A DNA stretch of 64,000 nt from Clostridiales bacterium (GTDB lineage Bacteria; Bacillota; Clostridia; Saccharofermentanales; DTU023). The notes under the pieces were generated by a model. The model was not told where the DNA came from and did no database searches. It saw only the letters and a list, made by a program, of their open reading frames with translations. Positions 33,942 to 45,794 of the stretch are shown here, piece by piece. Position numbers and translations under genes: made by a program. The stretch is from the NCBI GenBank assembly GCA_004556455.1, contig SFGY01000005.1, forward strand, positions 356-64,355, in the 5' to 3' direction. Every line of letters begins with the position of its first letter. Position 1 is the stretch's first letter.

Positions 33942-35101
33942 TTCCAACGGCCGCTTATATCCATGTGCCCTTCTGCGCTTCCCGCTGCAGTTACTGTGAT
34001 TTTTACAGCCTTCGTCCGGGGGCAGATAGCTTTCAGCGTTATACCCGTGCCGTCTGCCTGGAGATTCGCGCCGAAGCGGCTGCCGCTGCGCAGAAAAATG
34101 CTGCGCCAGCGCCTCTCACGAGCTGCTATTTTGGTGGGGGCACGCCAAGTTTTCTGCCACTCTCTGCCCTCGAAAAAATCATGGACACGCTGCGCCGTAG
34201 TTTTGCTTTTGACGCGGAAGCAGAAATCACCCTTGAAGCCAATCCCGCCAAAAACCTTCCTGCCCGGCTCCCCGCCCTGCGGCGCATGGGGTTTAACCGC
34301 CTGAGCCTCGGTCTGCAATCCGCAGATAATCGCCTTTTAAAGCGTCTGGGCCGCATCCATACCCGCGAAGATTTCGCTGAATCCCTTCGTGCGGCCCGTG
34401 AAGCAGGTTTTGACAATATTTCTTCGGACCTGATCTTCGCTCTGCCCGGCCAGCGGCTGGAATCCTTCACTGAAGAGGTCGAATGGCTGCTGCAGTTTCC
34501 GCTCGAACACCTGAGTTTCTATTCCCTGCAGCTTGAAGAAGGTACCCCCCTGGCCGCCGAAATGGCCCGCGATCCCTCTGAACTGCCTGGCGAAGATGAA
34601 GAGCGCGCCATGTATCACAGCCTGCGCCGCCGCCTGAACCAAAGCGGGCTTATCCCCTACGAAATCTCCAATGCCGCCCGTCCCGGTTTTGCCTCCCGAC
34701 ACAATCTCGTTTACTGGAATGCTTTGCCTTACTACGCCTTCGGACCCGCTGCAGCCTCTTATACGGAGGGCGTGCGCCGTCACAATCCGCAGGACTTTGA
34801 GCTCTGGGAGCAAAAAGTGCTGGCCGCCGGGGAAACTCAGGCACATGCCGCTGCCATCGAAGACGAAAAAATCGACAGAGCCTCCGAGCAGGCAGAATAT
34901 GTCATGCTGCGTTTTCGCCTGACGGAAGGCCTCTCTTTTAAGGCCTATCGTGAACGCTTTGGCGAGGATCCACAGCGGCGCTTTGCAGGCGCATTTTCCC
35001 GGCTTCAGGAGCGCGGCCTCCTGCAAAAGACGCCAGCAGGGCTCGCCCTTTCGGAGCTGGGTCTTGATTTGGCCAACCAGGTGATGCTGGAGTTTGTCTA
35101 G
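33938..35101 (+). CDS. hemW: Radical SAM heme chaperone HemW (HemN-like, oxygen-independent coproporphyrinogen oxidase family)
   Basis: YIHVPFCASRCSYCDF (CxxxCxxC), GGGTPSFL and the HemN_C tail are present. It holds the conserved position upstream of hrcA-grpE-dnaK-dnaJ. Confidence 0.9.
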   Translation: MIPTAAYIHVPFCASRCSYCDFYSLRPGADSFQRYTRAVCLEIRAEAAAAAQKNAAPAPLTSCYFGGGTPSFLPLSALEKIMDTLRRSFAFDAEAEITLEANPAKNLPARLPALRRMGFNRLSLGLQSADNRLLKRLGRIHTREDFAESLRAAREAGFDNISSDLIFALPGQRLESFTEEVEWLLQFPLEHLSFYSLQLEEGTPLAAEMARDPSELPGEDEERAMYHSLRRRLNQSGLIPYEISNAARPGFASRHNLVYWNALPYYAFGPAAASYTEGVRRHNPQDFELWEQKVLAAGETQAHAAAIEDEKIDRASEQAEYVMLRFRLTEGLSFKAYRERFGEDPQRRFAGAFSRLQERGLLQKTPAGLALSELGLDLANQVMLEFV

Positions 35102-35120
35102 ATTGATTTGACTTTTTCAG

Positions 35121-35379
35121 CTCACCAGCGAGACGCGTAGCAGAGCCCCTTCGAGCGAGTTCGCGATCACGACCGCAGTAAAGTGAGCATCCTGTTCCCG
35201 GTGCAGCGGCACCAGGTGCTGCGCCGAAGAGAGAGCGTGTCTGAGACGAGAAGGGGCTGCTGCGGAGCAAGCGAGCGAAAACGCCCACGCCCGCCCGGGC
35301 TCACACCGCCCTCGCTCAAAAGTTCGCTGCGCTCACAATCGCTCGTGTCGGCGGATCCGGTCGGGCTTAGTGCCGTGCC
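35121..35379. repeat. Modular GC-rich intergenic repeat, copy A
   Basis: 35129-35170 matches 52027-52068 at 41 of 42 positions. 35262-35366 aligns with 52803-52906 at roughly 85-90 percent by eye. Confidence 0.85.
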
Positions 35380-35445
35380 TCAACTTGTCGCGGAGCTTTG
35401 AACTTTTCCTTCACAATCGTTCAAAATCCTTCACCTTGACTTTCC

Positions 35446-35474
35446 TTGACAGTCAACAGAGTGAATGATAAAGT
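35446..35474 (+). promoter_or_regulatory. Sigma-A promoter of the hrcA operon
   Basis: TTGACA (35446-35451), a 17-nt spacer, then TAAAGT (35469-35474), immediately followed by CIRCE. Confidence 0.6.
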
Positions 35475-35478
35475 GAAC

Positions 35479-35505
35479 TTGGCACTCGAGATCATCGAGT
35501 GCTAA
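35479..35505 (+). promoter_or_regulatory. CIRCE operator (HrcA binding site)
   Basis: TTGGCACTC-gagatcatc-GAGTGCTAA against the consensus TTAGCACTC-N9-GAGTGCTAA, with one mismatch. Confidence 0.9.
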
Positions 35506-35562
35506 AACATGCCAGGGTTCAGCCAGGGCTGTTTTATTAAGCGGCAAAGTGAGAAAGGAGCG

Positions 35563-36690
35563 ATGGCTTTGAGTTCAGAAGCGAAAAAACCTGCAAAACA
35601 TCTGGATCCGCGGAAACAGTCCATCCTCCGGGCTGTCGTCAATGATTATGTTGAGACGGCCGAGCCTGTCGGCTCCAAGGCTTTGCTGGCGCGGCATTCT
35701 CTGGGCGTAAGCTCGGCGACGGTGCGCAATGAGATGGCGGAGCTGGAAGAAATGGGCTACCTTGAGCAGCCCCATACTTCTGCCGGCCGTGTGCCCTCAG
35801 ATAAGGGCTACAGGGCTTATGTGGATGAGATTGAAGAACCGATGACGCTCTCTCCGGCCGAGACCAGGAAGATTCGTGAGGAGATTGGGGAAGGTCTCTC
35901 TGAAATCCGCGAATTGATTGGCAGGGCAGCAAAGAGCCTCAGTGAACAGACGAATTTCACTTCTCTTGTGCTCACGCCGACCTATGGCGAGAGCCGTCTG
36001 CGTCAGGTAAAGCTTCTCATGATTGAACCAGGCAAAGCCCTGGTCATCGTGGTGCTTTCGGCAGGGGTGGTGCGCGACAGGCTGATCCATATCCCCGATC
36101 TGCTGGATAACGAGCAGCTGAGCAGCCTTGCCGAGACCCTGGAGAAAGCTCTGGCCGGAAAAAAGCTTCACGACATCACCCTGCTTGCAGTGACCGATGC
36201 GGGAAAAAGCGAGCCCATTCCGGATTCACTCCTGAATCAGCTGCTTTTTGAGACCTACATTGCCATTAAGCAGGCTGAAAATATCGACCTCTACATCGAA
36301 GGTCAGCATCGCCTCCTGAAACAGCCGGAGTTTGCGGATGTGGATAAGGCTCATCGCTATCTCGATACGATGAGTAAAGAAGGTGTGGTGGCAGGGTATC
36401 TCTCGGAGATGCCGGATACAGAAGTGACGAAAGAAGATAAGATGCCGGCCTATGTGGTCCGTATCGGTCAGGAAATTGCTCTGAAAGGCATGGAGGACTG
36501 TAGTTTTATCTCGAGTTCATACCGTATTGGGGATAACATCTGCGGCAAGATTGCGGTTGTGGGCCCCAGGCGCATGATGTACTCAAAAATTATATCGGAC
36601 GTGAGCTTTGTGAATTACACCCTGAATAAGATGATCAGGCGCTGGGAAACACGAGGCGAAGCAGTGGAGGAAGAAAAGCATGAGTCATGA
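35563..36690 (+). CDS. hrcA: Heat-inducible transcription repressor HrcA
   Basis: ATG follows GAGAAAGGAG. RKQSILRAVVNDYVETAEPVGSKAL and VSSATVRNEMAELEEMGYLEQPHTSAGRVPSDKGYR are present. Confidence 0.95.
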   Translation: MALSSEAKKPAKHLDPRKQSILRAVVNDYVETAEPVGSKALLARHSLGVSSATVRNEMAELEEMGYLEQPHTSAGRVPSDKGYRAYVDEIEEPMTLSPAETRKIREEIGEGLSEIRELIGRAAKSLSEQTNFTSLVLTPTYGESRLRQVKLLMIEPGKALVIVVLSAGVVRDRLIHIPDLLDNEQLSSLAETLEKALAGKKLHDITLLAVTDAGKSEPIPDSLLNQLLFETYIAIKQAENIDLYIEGQHRLLKQPEFADVDKAHRYLDTMSKEGVVAGYLSEMPDTEVTKEDKMPAYVVRIGQEIALKGMEDCSFISSSYRIGDNICGKIAVVGPRRMMYSKIISDVSFVNYTLNKMIRRWETRGEAVEEEKHES

Positions 36691-37450
36691 ACACAAAAAA
36701 ACGTTCAGGCGCAGCCATGAGCAGTCCAAGTCGGACGGCGGTGCTGCTCCGGTCGAAGAAAAAGATCTGCGGCCGGAAGAGCAGAAAGATTTCAGGCAGG
36801 ATGAAAACCTTGAAGCTGGAGCCAGGAACCTGAGCGAAGCAGAACATAAAAAGGCAGAGCCTGAACGGACGGGACAGTCTGAAAAGTCGAAACCGGCTAA
36901 AACAGCTGAAACGGATCGTTCTGTTGCAGAAGAGAAGTCCGCTGAGCCACAGGATAAAGCAGAGGATGGAGAAGCTGCCCGCTACGCGAAGGCGCTGGCC
37001 GATCTTGAAAATAAAGAAAAAGAGCTGGCAGAGGCTCAGGATCGCTATCTGCGGCTGGCGGCAGAATACGAAAATTTCCGCCGTCGCACGCGCCAGGAAA
37101 AGTCGCGCTGCTACGAAGATGCCAAAGCAGATGCCGTCAAGGCTCTGCTGCCGGTTCTGGACAATTTGGATCGAGCCGTGGAGAGCGGTGAAAAGGCCAG
37201 CAGTGAAGAAAGCAAAAAAATGGCCGAAGGCATGGCCCTGGTTCGCAAAGTGGCGATCGAATCCATGGAAAAAATCGGCGTCATTGAAATCCCTGCGGCA
37301 GGTGAGAGCTTCGATCCGGAGCTGCACAATGCCGTTCAACATATAGAAGACAAGGATCTGGGCGAAAACAAAGTGGCCCAGGTTCTGCAAAAAGGTTATC
37401 GCTGCGGGGACCAGGTGATTCGTCACAGCGTCGTGGTGGTGGCCAACTAG
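36680..37450 (+). CDS. grpE: Nucleotide exchange factor GrpE
   Basis: DRYLRLAAEYENFRRRTRQEK and FDPELHNAV are present. It has a long acidic/basic N-terminal tail and overlaps the hrcA stop. Confidence 0.95.
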   Translation: MSHEHKKTFRRSHEQSKSDGGAAPVEEKDLRPEEQKDFRQDENLEAGARNLSEAEHKKAEPERTGQSEKSKPAKTAETDRSVAEEKSAEPQDKAEDGEAARYAKALADLENKEKELAEAQDRYLRLAAEYENFRRRTRQEKSRCYEDAKADAVKALLPVLDNLDRAVESGEKASSEESKKMAEGMALVRKVAIESMEKIGVIEIPAAGESFDPELHNAVQHIEDKDLGENKVAQVLQKGYRCGDQVIRHSVVVVAN

Positions 37451-37539
37451 CTCAAGGAAAAGTGTTTATTGACCGGCTGCCCTCGGGGGCAGGTCAGGAG
37501 AAAATATTCAGTCGGCGAAAGCCTTTGAATTTAAAATAG

Positions 37540-39429
<1,890 letters not shown>

Positions 39430-39484
39430 GCCTGAATGAAAGAAAGTTTGCGCTGCAAGTGCAGCCTGAGATAAACTACAGGAA

Positions 39485-39525
39485 AAGCAGTGCCGGCCCT
39501 GCTTCGGTTCGGCATTGCTTTTCTT
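39485..39525 (+). terminator. Stem-loop (partial terminator/attenuator) between dnaK and dnaJ
   Basis: AAGCAGTGCCG (39485-39495) pairs with CGGCATTGCTT (39510-39520) with one G-U pair, followed by TTCTT. Confidence 0.35.
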
Positions 39526-39566
39526 GAGTTTAAATTTGACCGGCCATCTCGGAAGGAGGACGCTCA

Positions 39567-40736
39567 ATGGCAAAAAAACGTGATTATTATGAGGTCCTGG
39601 GCGTCGATAAGGGAGCAGACGAAGGGCAGATTAAAAAAGCCTATTGGAAGCTGGCGAAAAAATATCATCCGGATGTTAATCCTGGCAATAAAGAAGCCGA
39701 GGAAAAGTTCAAGGAAGCCAATGAAGCTTATTCGGTGCTGAGCGACAAAGAGAAACGCGCGCGCTATGACCAATTCGGTATGGCCGGCGTGGATCCCAAC
39801 GCTTTTGGAGGAGGTGCAGGAGGCGGCTTCGGCGGCTTTGGCGCCAATATCAACCTGAACGATCTCTTCAATAGCATTTTTGGTGATTTTGGTTTTGCCG
39901 GGTCGAGGGCAGGCGGAAGTATTAACCGCAATACCCCCATGCCTGGAGCCAATCTTCGCTATCGCATGAATCTGGATTTTAATGAGGCGGCTTTTGGCTG
40001 TGAGCGCGAGATCAGCATTCGCAAAGAGGATCTCTGTGATCATTGCAAAGGCAGTGGTTCTGAAGATGGTTCAGAACCGGATACCTGCCCGGTCTGTCAT
40101 GGTTCGGGTCAGGTGACCCGCCAGCAGCAGACGCTCTTCGGGCAGATGATGACCACGATGCCCTGCAGCAATTGCCAGGGAACCGGTCAGGTCATCAAAA
40201 ACCCCTGCAAACACTGTGGGGGCAGCGGGCTCAAAGAAAAGAGCAAGCGCCTGATTGTCCAGGTTCCCGCAGGTATAGACGAGCACGAAATGCTCACGCT
40301 GCGGGGTGAAGGTGAACCCGGTCGCAGAGGAGGCCGCAATGGCGATCTCTACATCGAGATTCACATTCGTCCCCATCCGGTGTTCAGCCGTGAGGGCACA
40401 ACCACCTACTGTGAAGTGCCGATCACCTTTACACAGGCGGCTCTGGGCATGGAAATTGAAGTGCCCTGTATCGACGGACCGGAAAAATATAAACTTAAAG
40501 AAGGGACTCAGCCTGGGGATCTTTTTACGATCCACGGAAAGGGCATTCCCAAAATCAATGGCCGCGGACGCGGGGATCATCAGTTTCGGGTCAACATTGA
40601 AGTTCCCAAAAACCTCAGTGCAGACCAGAAGGCCCTTCTGGAAAAATTTGAGTCCAGCGTGAATGTGAGCCACTATCAAAAGCGGCAGGGCTTTTTTGAA
40701 CGCTTGCGCTCTGTCTTTTCGGGAGAGCGCAGCTGA
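39567..40736 (+). CDS. dnaJ: Co-chaperone DnaJ (Hsp40)
   Basis: It has the J-domain [23 protein letters not shown], a G/F region and four CxxCxGxG zinc motifs. Confidence 0.98.
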   Translation: MAKKRDYYEVLGVDKGADEGQIKKAYWKLAKKYHPDVNPGNKEAEEKFKEANEAYSVLSDKEKRARYDQFGMAGVDPNAFGGGAGGGFGGFGANINLNDLFNSIFGDFGFAGSRAGGSINRNTPMPGANLRYRMNLDFNEAAFGCEREISIRKEDLCDHCKGSGSEDGSEPDTCPVCHGSGQVTRQQQTLFGQMMTTMPCSNCQGTGQVIKNPCKHCGGSGLKEKSKRLIVQVPAGIDEHEMLTLRGEGEPGRRGGRNGDLYIEIHIRPHPVFSREGTTTYCEVPITFTQAALGMEIEVPCIDGPEKYKLKEGTQPGDLFTIHGKGIPKINGRGRGDHQFRVNIEVPKNLSADQKALLEKFESSVNVSHYQKRQGFFERLRSVFSGERS

Positions 40737-40757
40737 GCCTCGTCCTCGTAATACGAA

Positions 40758-40866
40758 GGAGCTGTCTCAAAAACACGAAAGTGTTGCGGTGTGCTCCCCC
40801 CTTTTAGTCACTTTTTTAGTGTCCTACAAGAGGGGAGCATAGCATTGTGAGGCAGCTCCTTTTTTA
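40758..40866 (+). terminator. Long compound stem-loop plus T-run ending the dnaK operon
   Basis: The outer stem pairs GGAGCTGTCTCA (40758-40769) with TGAGGCAGCTCC (40848-40859). The inner stem pairs GTGCTCCCCCC with GAGGGGAGCAT. TTTTTTATTT follows. Confidence 0.6.
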
Positions 40867-41063
40867 TTTGAAAAAACAGGTGCTTTAGCATTTAGTTTTC
40901 GTTTCTGCAAATAAAGACCCTCTCTTTTGAGATAAGAGCTTTTTATTAGCTTTTTTTATTCGCTTTTAATGTTAAAATAAAGGGAATCATTCCGCGGAGG
41001 CGCTGAAGCAGCCTCTTAAGCGGTTCGAAAGCCCTGCAGGGCAATGGTCAATAGGAGGTTAGC

Positions 41064-42182
41064 ATGAAAAAAACACCCTTGCATGACAAGCATCTTGCGC
41101 TCAATGCAAAAATGGGCGAATATGCAGGCTTTGATATGCCTATTCAATACGCCGGTATTAAAGAAGAAGTTCTGGCCGTGAGGGAAAAGGTCGGTATTTT
41201 TGATGTTTCCCACATGGGTGAAATCCGTGTCACGGGAACTTCCGCAGATGCCTTCCTCAACTGGGTCCTCAGCCGTGACATCAGCGGTAAAAAGACTGAA
41301 CTTGTCAGCTATGCTATTTTGCTCTACGAAGAAGGCGGCGCAGTGGACGATTTGCTCGCCTACCGTTTCCAGGAATCCGGCGATTACTGGCTGGTCGTGA
41401 ATGCAGCAAATAAAGATAAAGATTTTGCCTATCTGAACGATATTCTGCCCGTCTTCTATGAAAAGCATCCCGAGGCTGTGAAAGACGTGAAAATTGTGGA
41501 TGAGTCTGAGTTTTACGCTCAGATTGCCGTTCAGGGACCGAAAAGCCCGGAAATCATGAAGGCTCTCCTGGAAGAATTCGGCGAAGCCCCCGAATTCATC
41601 GAGAAGGTTCTCGCGATGAAAGGCTATCGCATGCAGCGCAAGCCGAATTTTAAAGGCGAACTTTCGATGATCATTTCCCGCACCGGTTACACGGGTGAGG
41701 ACGGCTTTGAGATCTATCTCCCTGCGGCAGAAGCGGGTCGTTTCTGGGATGCCCTGATAAAGCTTGGCGCAGAGCCTGCGGGTCTCGGCGCGAGAGATAC
41801 GCTGCGTCTGGAAGCTGGCATGCCCCTATATGGACATGAAATGAGTCAGGAGCTGAATCCGCTTGATGCAGGCGTCGGTTTCGCCGTCAAGACTGATCGG
41901 CCCTTTATTGCAGCAGGTAATCTCGTCCAGCACCATAAGCTTATACCCCTGATCAGTGAGGGAAGAGCCATTCCCCGCGAAGGCTACCCTGTGTTTGCAG
42001 ATGGCAAAGAAGTCGGGCATATCAGCTCCGGCACTTTCTCGCCAACCCTTGGCAAAGGCATTGCCTACGCCCTTGTAGATCCGGCTTTCCCCGATGAGGT
42101 GGAAGAATTTATGGTAGAAGTTCACCGCAAAGAGCAGCCCTTCAGGAAAACCACGGCGCCCTTTGTCAGAAGAGATCGTTAA
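41064..42182 (+). CDS. gcvT: Glycine cleavage system aminomethyltransferase T
   Basis: KTPLHDKHLALNAKMGEYAGFDMPIQY, FDVSHMGEI and RDTLRLEAGMPLYGHE are present. Confidence 0.95.
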   Translation: MKKTPLHDKHLALNAKMGEYAGFDMPIQYAGIKEEVLAVREKVGIFDVSHMGEIRVTGTSADAFLNWVLSRDISGKKTELVSYAILLYEEGGAVDDLLAYRFQESGDYWLVVNAANKDKDFAYLNDILPVFYEKHPEAVKDVKIVDESEFYAQIAVQGPKSPEIMKALLEEFGEAPEFIEKVLAMKGYRMQRKPNFKGELSMIISRTGYTGEDGFEIYLPAAEAGRFWDALIKLGAEPAGLGARDTLRLEAGMPLYGHEMSQELNPLDAGVGFAVKTDRPFIAAGNLVQHHKLIPLISEGRAIPREGYPVFADGKEVGHISSGTFSPTLGKGIAYALVDPAFPDEVEEFMVEVHRKEQPFRKTTAPFVRRDR

Positions 42183-42270
42183 GTCCCCGAAGCCAAAGGC
42201 AGAGGGAAGTGGCAGAAAGCCGCAGTGCCGGGAGACCGGAAGGCCCGGGGGGCCAGGAAAGGAAAAGAAA

Positions 42271-42666
42271 ATGTCTGTTGAAATTGATGTGAGAAATGAT
42301 CGTGTTTACACCAAAACCCATGAGTGGGTTCTGGTTGAGGGTGATATCGCTTCCGTCGGCATCTCCGATTATGCTCAGAAGGAACTGGGCGATCTTGTTT
42401 ACGCAGAAGCCGAACCGGTCGGCAGCGAACTCAGCAAGGGTGATGTCATCGCCAGCGTAGAATCCGTGAAGATGGCTGAGGATGTTTACAGCCCCGTTTC
42501 CGGCGAAATTGTGGAAGCCAACGAGAGCATTGAAGATGCACCGGATCAGCTGAACAGCGCTCCTTACGATACTTGGATTGCCAAAGTGAAACTTTCGGAT
42601 CCGTCTGAACTCGATGAGCTGCTGAAACCCGACGATTACCGGAAACTTTGTGAAGAGGCCCAATAA
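42271..42666 (+). CDS. gcvH: Glycine cleavage system H protein (lipoyl carrier)
   Basis: YTKTHEWV and VESVKMAEDVYSPVSGEI (lipoyl-lysine motif) are present. ATG follows GGAAAGGAAAAG. The longer ORF from 42163 is upstream read-through only. Confidence 0.9.
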   Translation: MSVEIDVRNDRVYTKTHEWVLVEGDIASVGISDYAQKELGDLVYAEAEPVGSELSKGDVIASVESVKMAEDVYSPVSGEIVEANESIEDAPDQLNSAPYDTWIAKVKLSDPSELDELLKPDDYRKLCEEAQ

Positions 42667-44015
42667 TGAGTAATTATGTCCCCATTGCTGCCGAAGAGCG
42701 GCACGCGATGCTCCGGGAAGTGGGCATCGATCCTGCCTCACTCTTCAGCCATATTCCGGAGGAACTCTGGCTGAAACGCCAGAAGCTGGATCATCTTGCG
42801 GAAAAAGGTCTGTCTGAGCAGGCGCTGCTGAAACTTTTTGATGAAGCGGCTCGTCAGAATAAAAATCTGGACGACTACGATTCCTACCTCGGTGCAGGCT
42901 TTTACGACCACGTTGTGCCCGCAGCGGTCCATCACCTCATCAACCGCGAAGAGTTCCTGACTTCCTACACGCCGTACCAGCAGGAAATTTCGCAGGGCAC
43001 CTTGCAGGCGACCTTTGAGTGGCAGAGCTTTATCTGCCGTCTTAGCGGTATGGATGTTGCCAACGCTTCCATGTATGACGGCGCCTCCGCCTGCGCGGAA
43101 ACGGCTCTCATGGCCATTCGCGAGAAGCGCAAGTCCAACAAGGTGTGGCTCTCCGCAGGCTTGAATCCCGAATATATTGAGTGCGTGAAAACGTACTTCA
43201 TTTCGCACGGCTTCGAATATGAAATCGGCGAGCTGAATGAGCACGGGACGTCTGCTGGTTGTTATCCTAAGGAAGGTGGCTACGCGGCCTTTATTATTCA
43301 AAGCCCCAACTTCTATGGCGTCGTCGAAAATCTGGATGAGCTCAGCAAGGCCGCCCATGATGCAGACGCCCTGGCCTGTGCGGCGATGGACCCTGTGGCC
43401 ATGGGCATCTTCAAGACGCCCGGTAAAGCCGGCCTTGATGTGGTTTTTGGCGAAGCTCAGCCGCTTGGCGCTTCTCTCAATTATGGCGGTCCGGCCCTCG
43501 GCTACATGTGTTGCACGAATAAGCTGGTGCGCAAAATGCCCGGACGTATCTGCGGACGTACGGTCGACCGTGACGGCGAGACGTCTTATGTCCTTACTCT
43601 GCAGGCGCGTGAACAGCATATCCGCCGCGAAAAGGCAACCTCCAACATCTGCACCGCGCAGGCTCTGCTGGCGACGGCTGCCGCCATCCACATGGCGCTG
43701 CTCGGCCGTCAGGGTTTGACTGAAGCAGCCTGGCAGTCGGCCGATAAAGCCCGTTACCTGCACGATGAATTGCTGAAGACCGGCCTCTTTGAAGAGGTCT
43801 ATGATGCGCCTTATTTCCGTGAATTTGCGTTAAAAGCAAAAGACGGTCTGGACCTCAGAGCGCTCAATAAGAAGCTGCTCGACAGAAAGATCCTCGGCGG
43901 TGTGGTTTTGGAGAATAATGTCTGGCTCCTCGCCACGACAGAGAAGAAGGACAAGGCACATCTCGACCGCTTCGTGGCCTCGGTGAAAGAACTGGCCGGG
44001 AAGGAGGAAAAATAA
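42666..44015 (+). CDS. gcvPA: Glycine dehydrogenase (decarboxylating) subunit 1
   Basis: YVPIAAEERHAMLREVGI and TSYTPYQQEISQGTLQATFEWQ are present, in operon position after gcvH. Confidence 0.95.
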   Translation: MSNYVPIAAEERHAMLREVGIDPASLFSHIPEELWLKRQKLDHLAEKGLSEQALLKLFDEAARQNKNLDDYDSYLGAGFYDHVVPAAVHHLINREEFLTSYTPYQQEISQGTLQATFEWQSFICRLSGMDVANASMYDGASACAETALMAIREKRKSNKVWLSAGLNPEYIECVKTYFISHGFEYEIGELNEHGTSAGCYPKEGGYAAFIIQSPNFYGVVENLDELSKAAHDADALACAAMDPVAMGIFKTPGKAGLDVVFGEAQPLGASLNYGGPALGYMCCTNKLVRKMPGRICGRTVDRDGETSYVLTLQAREQHIRREKATSNICTAQALLATAAAIHMALLGRQGLTEAAWQSADKARYLHDELLKTGLFEEVYDAPYFREFALKAKDGLDLRALNKKLLDRKILGGVVLENNVWLLATTEKKDKAHLDRFVASVKELAGKEEK

Positions 44016-45463
44016 TGATCAGCTATAAAACCGATTTGATCTTTGACCTTCCCCAGACCGGAGGAAACCGCACGTATTTCGATCACGAGCGACTGAGCTC
44101 CAATATCGAAGGCTGGTATGACAAAGCTCTGCTCAGGGAAGAAAAGCTGGATTTCCCCGACCTTTCGGAAATCCAGGTGGTGCGCCATTACACGAATCTC
44201 TCCACGAAAAACTTTGGCGTCGAAAATGGGCCCTATCCTCTGGGCTCCTGCACGATGAAGTACAATCCCAAAGTCAATGAGGATATTGTGGCGAACCCGG
44301 CATTTGCCCGCCTGCACCCTCTGCAGCCTGACGAGACCGTTCAGGGAACGCTGAAAATGCTCCATCTGCATGAACAGCAGCTCTGCGCCATTACCGGCAT
44401 GGATGCCTTTACCTTCCAGCCTGCAGCGGGCGCTCATGGTGAGCTGACCGGCGTCATGCTGATCGCCGCCTACCACCGTGATCGTCACGACGATAAGCGC
44501 CAGGTCATGCTCGTGCCTGACTCAGCTCATGGCACCAACCCTGCCTCCGCAGCGATGGCTGGCTTCGTCGTCCGTGAGGTGAAATCCACGGCGGCAGGCA
44601 CGGTCGACATGGAGGATCTTAAGTCGAAACTCGGCGATGATGTCGCCGGTATGATGCTGACGAACCCCAATACCATGGGGCGTTTTGAGACTGATATCAA
44701 GGAAATCTGCGATCTGGTGCATGAAGCCGGTGGCCTGATGTACTATGACGGAGCCAACTTTAATGCGATTCTCCTGCACGTTCGTCCCGGAGACATGGGC
44801 TTTGACTGTGTCCACCTCAACGTGCACAAAACCTTCTCCACCCCGCACGGTGGCGGTGGACCGGGTGCCGGACCGGTGGGCTGCAAAGATTTTCTGGCCT
44901 GCTATCTGCCCAAGCCTGTGTTGCAGGAAAAAGACGGCGTCTATAGCTGGGATTACGATCGACCCAAATCGATCGGCCGCATGAGAAGTTACAACGGCTC
45001 AACAGCCGTGCTGCTCCGCAGCTGCGCTTACATCCTGGCCATGGGAGCCGAGGGGCTTTACGATGCCTCCGAAGCGGCCGTGGCCAACGCCAACTACATT
45101 TTCACCAAAGTGAAAGACCACTTTGATCATCCGGAAGGCAAGCCCATGCACGAGTTCATCATCGCGGGAACACGCCAGAAAGATGAATACGGAGTGAGCA
45201 CGCTGGATATGGCGAAGGGTCTCATCGAGAACGGGGTTCATCCCCCGACCGTGTATTTCCCGCTCATTGTGCACGAAGCCATGATGGTTGAACCGACCGA
45301 TACGGAAACCCGCGAGGGTCTGGATCAGCTGGTCGAAGCCTTTATCAATGTGGCCGAAGAAGCGAAGGAGAATCCGGAAAAGCTGCTTGAAGCCCCGCAC
45401 AATACACCGGTGCGTCGTCCCGACGAGGTTAAAGCTGCCAAGGAGCTCGATCTTAAGGCGTAA
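44015..45463 (+). CDS. gcvPB: Glycine dehydrogenase (decarboxylating) subunit 2
   Basis: GSCTMKYNPK, VHLNVHKTFSTPHGGGGPG (PLP lysine region) and the overlapping start are present. Confidence 0.95.
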   Translation: MISYKTDLIFDLPQTGGNRTYFDHERLSSNIEGWYDKALLREEKLDFPDLSEIQVVRHYTNLSTKNFGVENGPYPLGSCTMKYNPKVNEDIVANPAFARLHPLQPDETVQGTLKMLHLHEQQLCAITGMDAFTFQPAAGAHGELTGVMLIAAYHRDRHDDKRQVMLVPDSAHGTNPASAAMAGFVVREVKSTAAGTVDMEDLKSKLGDDVAGMMLTNPNTMGRFETDIKEICDLVHEAGGLMYYDGANFNAILLHVRPGDMGFDCVHLNVHKTFSTPHGGGGPGAGPVGCKDFLACYLPKPVLQEKDGVYSWDYDRPKSIGRMRSYNGSTAVLLRSCAYILAMGAEGLYDASEAAVANANYIFTKVKDHFDHPEGKPMHEFIIAGTRQKDEYGVSTLDMAKGLIENGVHPPTVYFPLIVHEAMMVEPTDTETREGLDQLVEAFINVAEEAKENPEKLLEAPHNTPVRRPDEVKAAKELDLKA

Positions 45464-45510
45464 AGCCTCAGGAATTCAGCTTGAAAATTCGAGTTTAAGC
45501 GACCTGCATG

Positions 45511-45546
45511 AACGGGGGCGGATCAAAAGATCTGCTCCCGTTTTTT
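45511..45546 (+). terminator. Rho-independent terminator of the gcv operon
   Basis: AACGGGGGCGGATC-aaaa-GATCTGCTCCCGTT (with G-U pairs), followed by TTTTTG. Confidence 0.75.
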
Positions 45547-45794
45547 GATGGGTGCTTTTGTTTTCTTCGTTTCTGTTCTATGAATATTCAGCCCGCTGGA
45601 TTTTGCCTCGGGTCAACTTTGCGTCGGGTCGCATTTGTTTTAGTCGTAAAGACCTCGAAGGTCAGCCCGCCAGGTCCGAAAGAGGCTCTTAACTATGAGC
45701 TTTCTACGGCCCCTGGGCTGTCAAAGCGGCAAAACTTGAGCCTTCTCACCTTCATTTTTAGTCGTCATTGACAGTGGGAAATCTCGATAGTGGT

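Noticed and set aside
40880-41063. Possible glycine riboswitch upstream of gcvT
   Set aside because: I expected one from Bacillus-type gcvT operons. However, I cannot find the conserved GGAGAG ... ACCGAAGGGGCAA aptamer cores. Only a weak resemblance exists (gcgctgaagcagc), and the available space (~70 nt of GC-containing sequence before the RBS) is too short for a tandem aptamer. A covariance-model scan (RF00504) would settle it.
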